DNA of 45,081 nt from positions 3,250,622-3,295,702 of the forward strand of contig NC_068985.1 in the NCBI RefSeq assembly GCF_001194135.2, written 5' to 3'. Position 1 is the stretch's first letter. The number at the start of each line of letters is the position of its first letter. Below are positions 25,349 to 35,925 of the stretch, piece by piece. The position numbers and the translations under genes were made by a program. This DNA is from Octopus bimaculoides. Taxonomy: Eukaryota. The notes below the pieces were generated by a model. It was not told the origin of the DNA and did not search any database. It saw only the letters and a program-made list of their open reading frames with translations.

Positions 25349-25837
25349 GGCAATTATGGAGTAAATTTTAGGGCTTATAAATCTAATATTTTCCTATCCT
25401 TCCTTAATACCGGTTCCCATATGCTGTTCATATCTGCACTTGGTCTGCTTAGGAGGTGGTTGTGTCCTAGCATATGTGCTGCTTCTTTTAGTTTTCATAT
25501 TTTCCAGTGGTGTTCTCTGCCTATTATTTTAACATCATCCCTATGTTGCTCCAGTCCATGCAGCTGTAAACGAATAAACCTGGGATAGATCCACTTTCCA
25601 ATCAGTGGCCTATTTGCCTAGTTAAAATGATGCAAAGTGCATTGTGACCAGCATTGTATAACAACATCCAATAGTCTTGTCAATCATGTGATCATTTAAT
25701 CTAAGAAAAAAATTACTTTCTGTTACAAAATATGATAAAATGAACACGTCAGGAAAACACTATGATGTATTTAGGATTACAAACCTTAAATTACGCAAAA
25801 ATCAAATCAAATCAATAACCAAATAAGTTGAGCGTAC

Positions 25838-25942
25838 CTTCTTCACAGAACTGTCTTTTACTTCTTCTTCATCATCACCTTCAAACGCACTGGAATTATC
25901 CTTTCCAGTGGAACTATCAGAGCCACTTACACTCTCAGACAT
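25838..25942 (-). CDS. Probable first or second coding exon of an unidentified host gene (MSESVSGSDSSTGKDNSSAFEGDDEEEVKDSSVKK)
   Basis: Acceptor ttttaattgctAG (exon starts 25948); ATG at 25942; 35 open Ser/acidic codons; donor AAG|gtacgc; non-repetitive. Confidence 0.75.
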
Positions 25943-26779
25943 AATTACCTAGCAATTAAAATTTTTTTAAAAATACAGATTATACATATATGTATGAACA
26001 GTTTTGTTTTTAGCATTATATCATATCATATATTATAAAACGAGCTAGACACATCACAAACTCCACTCAAAAATGCTTCTATTTTTCATATCCATTAGCA
26101 TATTTACACTGCATCACTATACCAAGTTCTTACACTAAACAAGAACAAGTTGCCTCTCATATCTATCAAAGGCTAACCTCCAGCTTTCCAAAACAGTATT
26201 TATTTTATTCATTTCTGGAAATTCTAAGTCATTAGAAACAGTATAAAATAACAGGAGCAAAACATTTTGCTTTACGGACAACAAAGAGTCATCCACAATA
26301 AGGAATGTGTCTTTAACTAAACTCTCATGGCATCAGATAGAAGAGGTATACCAACCCATTCTCCACCACTAGTAAAGGTAATAAATTCCTCCAGCAATAA
26401 CTAGAGATCTAGCGCTGGTAAGGCCAGGGGCTGCACCAGGCTCCACTGTCTGTTTTAGCATGGTTTTTATGACTGGATGCTCTTCCTAATGCCAACCACT
26501 TTACAGAATGTACTGCTTTTTACCGCAGCACAGATGCTTTTTACATGATGCCAGCACCAGCACATTTTACATGGTACCAGTGCTTTTTACATGGCACCAG
26601 CACCAGTACTTTTCATATCACACCAGCGTCAATGCCTTTAACATGGCACCAGCATTAGCACTTTTTACATGGTACCAGTACCAGTGCTTTTTACATGGAA
26701 CTAGCGTTACAGGGTCATAAACACGGCAACATCGGTTGACAAGCAATGGCAGATACACACAAACACACACACCCAAACA

Positions 26780-27310
26780 TACATATATCATCATCACTTA
26801 ACATCTGTTTTCCGTGCTGGCATGGGTTGGACGGTTCGACTGGGGTCTGGAAAGCCAGCAGCTGCACCAGCCTCCAATCTGATCTGCCAATTTTTCTACA
26901 GCTGGATGCCCTTCCTAATGTGGTGCTTCTCACATGCCACCAGCACAGGAGCCAGTCAGTTGGCACTGACATCAATCACGTTCAGATAGTGCTTTTTATG
27001 AGCCACTGGCACGGGAGCCAGTCAAGGGGTACTGGCATTGACCTCGTTCAGATGGTGCTTTTGTACGTGCCACCAGCACAGGAGTAACTCAGGCGGGCCT
27101 GGCATCGATCACGTTCAGATGGTGTTTTCTACGTGCCACCAGCAGCATAGGAGCCAGTCAGTGGGTACTGGCATTGGCCACATTCAGATGGTGCTTTTTA
27201 TATGCCACCAGCATGGGAGCCAGTCAGGCAGCCCTGGTATCGACCAAATTCAGATGATGCATTTTACGTGCCACCAGAATGGGAGCCAGTCAGGAGGCAC
27301 TGGCCACAGC
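26780..27310 (-). mobile_element. RTE-tail repeat containing six tandem ~66-bp modules
   Basis: Units tggtgcttt..acgtgccaccagcac.ggagccagtca....ctggcat.gaccac.ttcaga at ~26920-27305. Confidence 0.85.
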
Positions 27311-27319
27311 TACAATTTT

Positions 27320-27680
27320 GGTTTTACTTGACTCTTGTTTTTTGCTCTAATGGCCCTGTTTACAGTATTGTTCCACCACCAGGTTACCCTAGGTCTGGAA
27401 AGGACTTTGCACCAACCACAGATTTGGTCTGTGACACTCAGCAAGTTGTCTCACAGGAATTCCCAGCTGCTTCTATGTCACAGGCCTGTAGCTCCTCCTC
27501 CTTATCATCAAATTTCTTGGTAAGGACATCCCTAAATCTCTGACCATGTGAAGAGTTCTTAAGCTCCCATGTCCTTCCTTTCCAAATCGGTCTGCTTTTT
27601 AGCATCTTTCTGGCCTCAAGTCTAAAGTCACTAATAACTAGTCTATGCTGGGGGGTACATTCTTCACCAGGGAGGGTCTT
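27320..27680 (-). mobile_element. RTE LINE endonuclease C-terminus / linker remnant
   Basis: LPGEECTPQHRLVISDFRL..PIWKGRTWELK..; CGWCKVLSRPRVTWWWNNTVNRAIRAK. Confidence 0.8.
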
Positions 27681-29020
27681 TGTGTGTGGATATATATATA
27701 TATATATATATATATAAACAAGATTCTTTTAGTTTCTATCAACCAAATCTACTCACAGACCCTTGATCAGAGTTGTACTCCCTTCTTTGTCCTTTCTGCT
27801 ACAAGTGTTTCTCTTCATATTACTGTCTCTGCCCCCATCAAATAACTTATCCCATTACCATCTTACTAACTCACCCACAACCCACTTTTTTACAAATATT
27901 TAATCATTAGAACTGCAAAATTCAGACAGTTGTTGTTTAGTCCTGGTCAGCACTGAGTGAGTGAGTTCCAGACGAGACCATCATATCATATTTTCAGAGC
28001 TACTGTTTCTAGGTCCATATTTTCTGGCCTTCATTTTTAAGACAGTAAGATGTAATTCGATGGAGAATAGACTGATATTTCTAGCAATTCAGTCGACTAT
28101 GAGGAAAATGCCTCATTACTAGTGTCTGTGTGTATTTACTAATATCAAACTGAGAATTTTTCTGAAAGCTATGAGGAAACATACCTACTTGTGTAGGTAT
28201 GATTATGTATACCATATATATATATATATATATANNNNNNNNNNNNNNNNNNNNNNNNNNNNNNNNNNNNNNNNNNNNNNNNNNNNNNNNNNNNNNNNNN
28301 NNNNNNNNNNNNNNNNNNNNNNNNNNNNNNNNNNNNNNNNNNNNNNNNNNNNNNNNNNNNNNNNNNNNNNNNNNNNNNNNNNNNNNNNNNNNNNNNNNNN
28401 NNNNNNNNNNNNNNNNNNNNNNNNNNNNNNNNNNNNNNNNNNNNNNNNNNNNNNNNNNNNNNNNNNNNNNNNNNNNNNNNNNNNNNNNNNNNNNNNNNNN
28501 NNNNNNNNNNNNNNNNNNNNNNNNNNTGGTTAGATTATTATTTCTAAAAGGTCAAGCGATATGTTAAGCCAGTCTCTACCTGGTTTCACTCGAAGTTCCA
28601 TTGATTTTCTTTTCTCTCAGTATGGAATTAGCTCAAAGGATTGCTGTTAAGTCCTCATAGAAATATTTAATAGTATAATTAATTAATAAATACTAAGTAA
28701 ATTACACAAGAGTGAAAAATCATTCGATTAGAATAATGTTCGCAAGTGACTATGTTAAAAATAGATATGTAAACACTGAAATAGTAAGATATCACAAAAA
28801 TTGGTCGATAGAGGACTTAGTTTGATCAATATATTTCAGTGTTTGACTGGTATTCTTTCTTTTGACAAAGAGGTGAGGAAAAGTTGTCAACGTCTGCCGA
28901 AGTTGAACCAAAATCGTAAAATGAATAAAGCAGACGTCACAAACAATAACAATTATAATACGGTTGAACTTCACCACACAGGCATAACACAAGAAAAATT
29001 TCATTAAACTAATGTCCTAC

Positions 29021-29160
29021 CTATTTATACAGCTTGTTATAAACATAGAACTGTAGAGAAAATGGCAACAACTCATATAAATTCACAACGATTTCAGAAT
29101 ATTTTGACCGTGTTTTGATTTTCGCGCTTGTCGCCATTAATTACGTATGGGCTATGGTTG
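29021..29160 (-). promoter_or_regulatory. Putative promoter / first exon of the minus-strand host gene
   Basis: Local CpG cluster in otherwise CpG-poor DNA; AATGGCG (YY1-like or start codon) at 29132-29138; donor AG|gtagga at 29021. Confidence 0.45.
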
Positions 29161-29229
29161 ATCACGTGATATATACATATAAAGAGAGAGAGAGGGAGGA
29201 GAGGAAGATGCGTGTGTGCGCGTGTGCTA

Positions 29230-29872
29230 AACAGACAAATAGACAGATAGATAGATAGATAGACAGAGAGACAGACAGACAGATAAATAGATAGGTAGAT
29301 AGATACATTTCTTTTATTAGCCACACAGGGCTCAACAAAGATGGGACAGATACAATGTAGAGCTTTTCTTTTTGGGAGGGGGAAGGAAAAAAAAACAATA
29401 GGGGTGTGTCGATCAAAAGGGATCGTAGGAAGGGAAAAAGTGGGGAGTTCGATCAAAAGGGATCGAGAAAAAATTTTTTTTTTAAAAGCGATCAATAGGG
29501 ATCGTGTATCACACAGTAATGTTCTCGTGTAAAAAGAGGGGAGGACAGTTTAGGTTTAGCCGTGGAAAGAAAAGCCTACATAAAAGACCACGGTAGCCTT
29601 GGTCAATATTGTCATTACAGAAACTATAACAGTAAGTGACTCTTTTTTGCCTTTTTGTTTTTTGTCTGGATTTTTTTTACTCTTTTATAGTGTTATGCTC
29701 AAGGTGGCTCCGTCATTCACACGTGCCATCCTTGCTACATTCACCCATCTTTTTTTGAAGCATTCACTAGACAAGACTTCCCTTTCTTAGATAGATAGAT
29801 AGACAGACAGATAGATAGATAGATAGATAGACAGATAGGTAGACAGATAGATAGACAGATAGATAGATAGAC

Positions 29873-29922
<50 letters not shown>
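29230..29922. repeat. (GATA/GACA)n microsatellites at ~29230-29305 and ~29789-29922 flanking an unclassified interspersed repeat
   Basis: Directly visible. Confidence 0.85.
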
Positions 29923-29923
<1 letters not shown>

Positions 29924-30051
29924 CTTGTTATCATATAATAATGACGACGGGCGTTTTACTAAACCTCATGACAATTACACTTTGGTTTGTATGTATGAAT
30001 TCTGGACATTTCCACTTGAACGTGTTGAAAAAAAATTTTTTTTTAATAAAT

Positions 30052-30306
30052 GTAGGGCCGGTTGCCCGGTTCCAGTGGTGTGATATTCCCCCACCTGGAC
30101 GGGACGCCGATCCGTCGCAGGATTACTCATTTTTGCCAGCTGAGTGGACTGGAGTACTGTGAAATGGCACTCAACGCATCACCCTGTCCAGGAATCGAAA
30201 CTGCAATCTTGCGATCATGAGTCCAGCACCCTAACCCTAACCCTAACCCTAACCACTAACCCTAACCCTAACCCTAACCCTAACCACTAACCCACGCGCC
30301 TCCACT
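30052..30306 (-). mobile_element. tRNA-derived SINE with telomere-type repeats inside its A-box region
   Basis: Head gtggaggcgcgtgggttagtggttaggg...gctggactc..gtttcgattcc; homologous to 520-825. Confidence 0.8.
30229..30290. repeat. Interstitial telomere-like array [(CCCTAA)4 CCACTAA]x2
   Basis: Two exact 31-bp units. Confidence 0.95.
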
Positions 30307-30754
30307 GTTGTTGAAAAATGTAAACGATAAAGGTCAAAAATGAGTGTATGAGGATGTAAGTAAAAATGCCAAAATAATAGTAAAATAAGAAAATTATAGT
30401 TATCACTCCCCAAATATGTACAATGTTTTAGTCAATGATTCACATTATCCTACACTGTTACAACTAGCCTTGAAGCCACCCTTCAGGCGGTATTCAGACT
30501 AGCTCCTGCGGAGGGCACCTTTGAAGCCTTCGGCCCCTCTATCGGGACACTTTGTGGCCCTCTACCCTTGTGTAATGAAGCTTATTTCTGCAAATGTGCT
30601 AAGCACTGATGCTGATCAATAAGCATAGGAGCGAGGTAAATGCAGTAAAAATAGGGGCATCATTAGGGCCCCGTTTAAGCAGCCCTTCAGAAATTGAACC
30701 TCCTTATGATACTCCCTGGGAGTTCATGGTATGAAACTCATTGTCATATAACTT

Positions 30755-32005
30755 CATGGAAATGAATGACAAACTGCCAGTGGAACAGATAGGGTGCAGA
30801 AGGAAAGGCCAAGGGAAAAAGACCAACTTTTGATAGACAGAATGGTATGAATGACTGCAAGAAAAGACTTATTAATCTGGGTATGGCATGGATTGATTAT
30901 AAGAAAGTGTATGACATGGTCCCCCATTCCTGGATTTTAGAAAGTCTAGTGCTGGTACAGGTGTCTGATAATATATCAAATTTTATTTGGAGATCAATGA
31001 AAAACTGGAATACTTGGTTAACTTCATGTGGAAAATTTTTGGTGAGAGTTAACATCAAGAGAGGCATATTTCAAGGAGAAATCCTATCACCATTGCTGTT
31101 TGTGATTTGTATGATACCCCTCACAAAGATACTATGGGAAGTGATATTGGGGTACATCTTGAAAAGTGGAGGAAAATTAAATCATCTGTTATATATGGAT
31201 GACTTAAAAATCTTTGGAAAGACCAAAAAACATGAAATAAATGGCCTAGTCTCAACAGTGCAGATATTCAGTAAGGATATTGGAATGGAATTTGGGACTA
31301 AAAAGTGTGGTACGCTTATAATACAAAGAGGCAAAGCAGTGTAGTCTGATGGTGTAGAGCTACCCAACGGTGAGAAAATCAAGGATATTGATACTAATGG
31401 ATATAAATATCTGGGGATTTTAGAATACAACAAAATCAATGGAAGTGAAATGAAAGAACGTTTTAAGCAAGAATATCTCAGAAGAACTGAGTTAATTATG
31501 GGAAGTAGACTCAATGGAAAAAACAAAATCAAGACAATGAACATCAGGGCTGCTTCCTTAATGCGATATGGCGCAGGTGTTGTTTGGTGGACAAAGAACG
31601 AGCTTGAGGAAATGGACAGCGAAACTGGAAAAGTGATGACAATTAACAAGGAACTACACCTCACCTCAGAAACGATACTGACAGACTGTATATGCCTAGA
31701 AATAGGGGTGGAAGAGGTCTCATGGGATGCAAGATCTGTGGTGTCAAAGAGAAGAGCAGTCTGGGATTGTACATCAAATAGTAGAGTGAATCTTTGCTTG
31801 CTGTTGTTAGAATTAATAATATAATATCTACCGAAAATGTGATGCACCCACAAACATTTAAGAAACAAGATGAAGAATAAAGAGTAAACAACTGGAAAAT
31901 GTAACCACTGCATGGGCAATCCCTGGGAGAAATTGAAGGAAAAGACAAGATGAACACTTGGAGAGGGCTAAGTAAATGTCATCTGAAAGGATGCCCTGAG
32001 GCATT
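30755..32005 (+). mobile_element. R4/Dong-clade non-LTR retrotransposon, RT domain (stops and frameshifts)
   Basis: LPVEQIGCRRK..KDQLLID, MAWIDYKKVYDMVPHSW, RGIFQGEILSPLLF, LNHLLYMDDLK, DIGMEFG..KC, YKYLGILE, RLYMPRNRGGRGL, HGQ..TW..L..HLK. Confidence 0.9.
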
Positions 32006-32325
32006 GAGGCAAAATCGACCTCAGCGGAATTTGAACTCAGAACATAGTTACTGGTGAAATACTGCTAAGCATTTTGCCTGACATGCTGATGGTTCTGCCA
32101 GCTCACCGCCTTGGTAATAATGATAATAATGTTTCAAATTTTTGGCACAATGCCAGCAATTTCATATGGAGGAGATTAGGTGATTACATTGAGCCCAATA
32201 CTTTATTTTATTGAGTCCCCAAAAGTTTGAAAGTTAATCTCAAAAGGATTTGAATTTAGAATGTAAAGAGCAAGAAAAAATACCACAAGGCATTTTTGAG
32301 ATCGTCATCACCATTATCATTTAAC

Positions 32326-32730
32326 ATATACATAACATATAGTATAATTATAAATAGGACAAATTTTAACCATTTCTCTTCAGACTGAAAAAAAATGATG
32401 AATAACCTTAATCAATTTTTGAACCTTATTGGATTCTCATCAGAGGCATCCACATCATTTGACAATCTCCAGAGAAACAGGCTGCCAAACTGTTTATATA
32501 CTCAACAAATGCAGCAGTGACTCTATGAAGGGTTCCCTAATTTGCTTACCAAAAGTATTTAACACTCTATAAATACCAGTGGCCTGTCAATGGGGATCAA
32601 GATATGATATAATATATACATAACATATGGTATAATTATGAACAGGGCAAATTTTAGCCATTTCTTCACAGACTGAAAAAATGATGAACAACCTTAATCG
32701 ATTTTCGAACCTCATTGGGTTCTCATCAGC
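32326..32730 (-). ncRNA. ~286-nt tandem unit (about 1.4 copies) with two type-I hammerhead ribozyme cores; retrozyme- or Penelope-LTR-like
   Basis: Copy A (32691-32729): CUGAUGA-GAACC caauga GGUUC-GAAA-AUCGAU-UA-AGGU. Copy B (32405-32447): GCCU-CUGAUGA-GAAUC caauaa GGUUC-AAAA-AUUGAU-UA-AGGU. About 115 bp of flank is also duplicated at the same period. Confidence 0.75.
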
Positions 32731-33282
32731 ATGACTTGGATGATTCGATAGTATCTGAGAAGCCAGTTAGGGCTGTGTTAAGCATCAATGTCCACTTTGA
32801 AATGGTTGTCTGGATGTTCTAGATGTTCTTCCTAATACCATCCACTTTACAGGGTGTACTGGATGCCTTTTTTATGTGGCACCAGCACTAGAGACATCAC
32901 CAAGTAACTTGCAAGACAAAACCCCTTGACAGAGTGCAGGGTGTAATATTGAGGAATGTGGTTTTCTGTCAGGTATTGAAAAGCTGAAGATAAAAGGACT
33001 GGAATAGGTGTCTTGTTGTAGCTAACCCAGCAGAAAAGCAAGAGAGGATGATAGAGATAAGGTGCCAGAATATACCTTCAAGGTATAAGAAAGTGGATAA
33101 AGATAAAATGTGGACAGAGAAGTAAGGATAGCTGAGAGAATTGGTTCATGAGAGTGCTAAAAGAGAGTGATGGAGTTAGAAGAAAATGCAGCAAATGGCA
33201 GACATGGATGGTATGGATAATGGTAAATCTCAGTCTGGGGAAAGCAGGTGTGTGTCAAATATATTTATAGATCATATTATTA

Positions 33283-33860
33283 TTGGATCGGTGCATAATT
33301 ATTGCGGCTTTTTTCAACAAAAACAATAAGAATATTTAACAAAAACGTCTTTGAATGACAGTCGGCTTTTTTTCATAAAAATGCGAACTGAAAATCATAT
33401 CCATATTTGTCATATTATGGTCTATCACTTCGAGAAAGGTTGGAATGCAGTACAGTCATTTTGTGATCTCAATGAACTTTTTGGTGAAGGAACAATCAGC
33501 AAAAGCCAAGTTGGAAGATGGTTCAGGAAGTTCAAATTGGGTGATACAAACCTAGCAAAGGAAAAAGGAAAATTTCAATGACTGGGCACTTTTGGCAGCT
33601 GTGAAAGAAGACAAAAGCTTGACAACAAGAATGTTAGCCAAAGACTTCAATGTGGACCATTCGACCATCATTCATCATCTCAAAAAGCTCGGAAAAGTAT
33701 GGAAATTGGCTGGGTGGGTCCCCCACGAACTCTCTGATAACAACAAAGCCGAATGTGCCCGAATTTTTACTGATTTGCTGCAGTCAAATGAGCAAACTCT
33801 ATTCCTGAAGAATCTCATCACTGGGGATGAATTGTGACTTCTCTTCAAAAATAATAAGAG
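33283..33860 (+). mobile_element. mariner transposon, left TIR plus 5' half of the transposase (frameshifted)
   Basis: TA|TTGGATCGGTGCATAATTATTGCGGC TIR; HIMVYHFEKG..LNELFGEGTISKSQVGRWFRKFK; TTRMLAKDFNVDHSTI..HLKKLGKV.K...WVPHELS; LITGDE. Confidence 0.92.
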
Positions 33861-35344
33861 AAAGAAAGATAATAACAATATTAGTGATAAAAATATAGTC
33901 CTAGATAATATTAATGGTAAGTATTACATAATTTCCTGTTGTTGTAAGAATAACCATTGTGATGATGAAGTAAAGACATTTGATTTGCATAATCAAACAA
34001 GTCTGTGTGGGGAGATATTCCACAGTCTATATATAGAGAAAAGGTGGTGGTGGTGGTGTGAGGAGGAGGAAGAGGACGAGGAGTCTACATAGTGAGAATT
34101 CAGTTCTTGAACCTGTATCACCTTTGGAAGCAAAGAGTTAGATGGGAAAATTGTGATAGATCACGCCAGGGTTAAAGTGTTTAGGGAAGGTTATATGGTG
34201 CAAAATATTATGGTGTTTGCCATTGAGAGGTGGAAACAATTGCTAGCAAATGTGAGAGGTTATCAGTAGAGATAAAATGAATAGTCTTAGTGAGAATGTG
34301 TGTGTGTGTGTGTGTGAAGGAGAGAGGGGGAGAGGGGGAGGGAGAAAGAGAGAGTATGTGTAAATATTTTTGTCAAAATATTTTTAGATATCTCATTTTG
34401 ATAAGGCCTCTTACTAACAATTTGCGTAATCAGTTCCTAATGCACAGCCTGACTACTTGGTCATGACACAAGCCTATTAATATAGCCGAACGTATCATAT
34501 CAGATCATACAGTCAGTATCAACCCATTTTGAATTTCTTTAGTGCGATCTTTTACTATTACATAATGTTTATTCTGCTCAATTCCGATGAATGATACTCA
34601 GGAACACAATTACAGAAAGAAAAAAAATGTTTATCTCCCTTGCAATATTACATGGGAGGTAACCCTGTCTTTGTTAGCTGCTGAGAGAAACTACAACTTT
34701 CGCATGACATATTTGCCAATAAATTGGGAGAATCGTCCGAGTAACGGACAAAATGCTTTGCAGAATTTTTTCTAGAACTATATATTTTGAGTTCAAATCC
34801 CGTCAAAGACAACTTTACCTTTCATTCTCCCTAGATCGATTAAAACAACAGTTACGTACTGGAATCAATTTAATCGAGTCTATGTATGGAAACAATATTA
34901 TCTGTATATGACATTCGTTTATCAGAATTAGTAGAGTGTTGAACAAAGTGCCTTGCGGTATTTAGTTACGGCTCCTTACGGTTCTGAGTTCAAACCCCAC
35001 CGAAGTCAACTTTGCTTAAAAAAATAAATACGGCACTGATATAAATACCAAATTTCTAGTATTGCGTCAATGAGATCACTATTACCTAGAAAGCATTGTG
35101 TGATTGCTTTCACTAGAAATCCAATTGTAGCAGTTTCCAAGTATAAGTGTGTAATGCACGCCAGTCTTAGATGTTGACACTTGTTAACTAGTGTAGTACG
35201 TTTGTTTGTATATATTTGTGATGTAGGTCAATAAGTAAAATGTGTAACAAGAACTAGTAGACCTACTCATACTAGCGGTTTCTGTGGAAATTTCACGGGC
35301 CATTTTGTGGTACAGTACCTGCCATAAACATCTCTCCACTCAGT

Positions 35345-35925
35345 AATAATATCCTTTTCTACTCTAGGCACAAGGCCCGAGATTTTGGGGGAGGAGGCCA
35401 GTCGATTAGATCAACCCCAGTACNNNNNNNNNNGGCACAAGGCCCGAGATTTTGGGGGAGGAGGCCAGTCGATTAGATCAACTCCAGTACGCAACTGGTA
35501 CTTAATTTATCGTCCCCGAAAGAATGAAAGGCAAAGTTGACCTCGGCGGAATTTGAACTCAGATCGTAAAGACAGACGAAATACCGATTAGCCTTTCGCC
35601 CGGCATGCGAACGTTTTTCATTTCTTTACTGCCCACAAGGGGCCACACGCAGAGGGGACAAACAAGGACAGACAAACGGATTAAGTCGATTACATCGATC
35701 CCCAGNNNNNNNNNNTACTGCCCACAAGGGGCCACACACAGAGGGGACAAGCAAGGACAGACAAACGGATTAAGTCGATTACATCGATCCCCAGTGCGTA
35801 ACAGGTACTTAATTTATCGACCTTGAAAGGATGAAAGGAATTTGAACTCAGAATGTAGCGGCAGACGAAATACCGCTAAGCATTTCGCCCGGTGTACTAA
35901 CGTTTCTGCCAGCCCGCCGCCTTAA
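35345..35925 (-). mobile_element. Two adjacent SINEs with a shared core but different 3' tails (each partly duplicated across a 10-N gap)
   Basis: Common core; tails ...ggcctcctcccccaaaatctcgggccttgtgcctagag versus ...atccgtttgtctgtccttgtttgtcccctctg.gtgtggccccttgtggg. Confidence 0.8.

Noticed and set aside
26920-27305. CRISPR-like array
   Set aside because: Units are homologous along their whole length, with no unique spacers; part of a eukaryotic retroelement tail; no cas genes. The same applies to the 42-bp array.
34587-34775. LPCNIT Ig-like motif in a short ORF
   Set aside because: No Trp/second Cys spacing or good acceptor; probably chance.
35365-35790. Duplicated SINE segments
   Set aside because: Each pair flanks a 10-N gap (35424-35433, 35706-35715); likely overlap or haplotype artefact.
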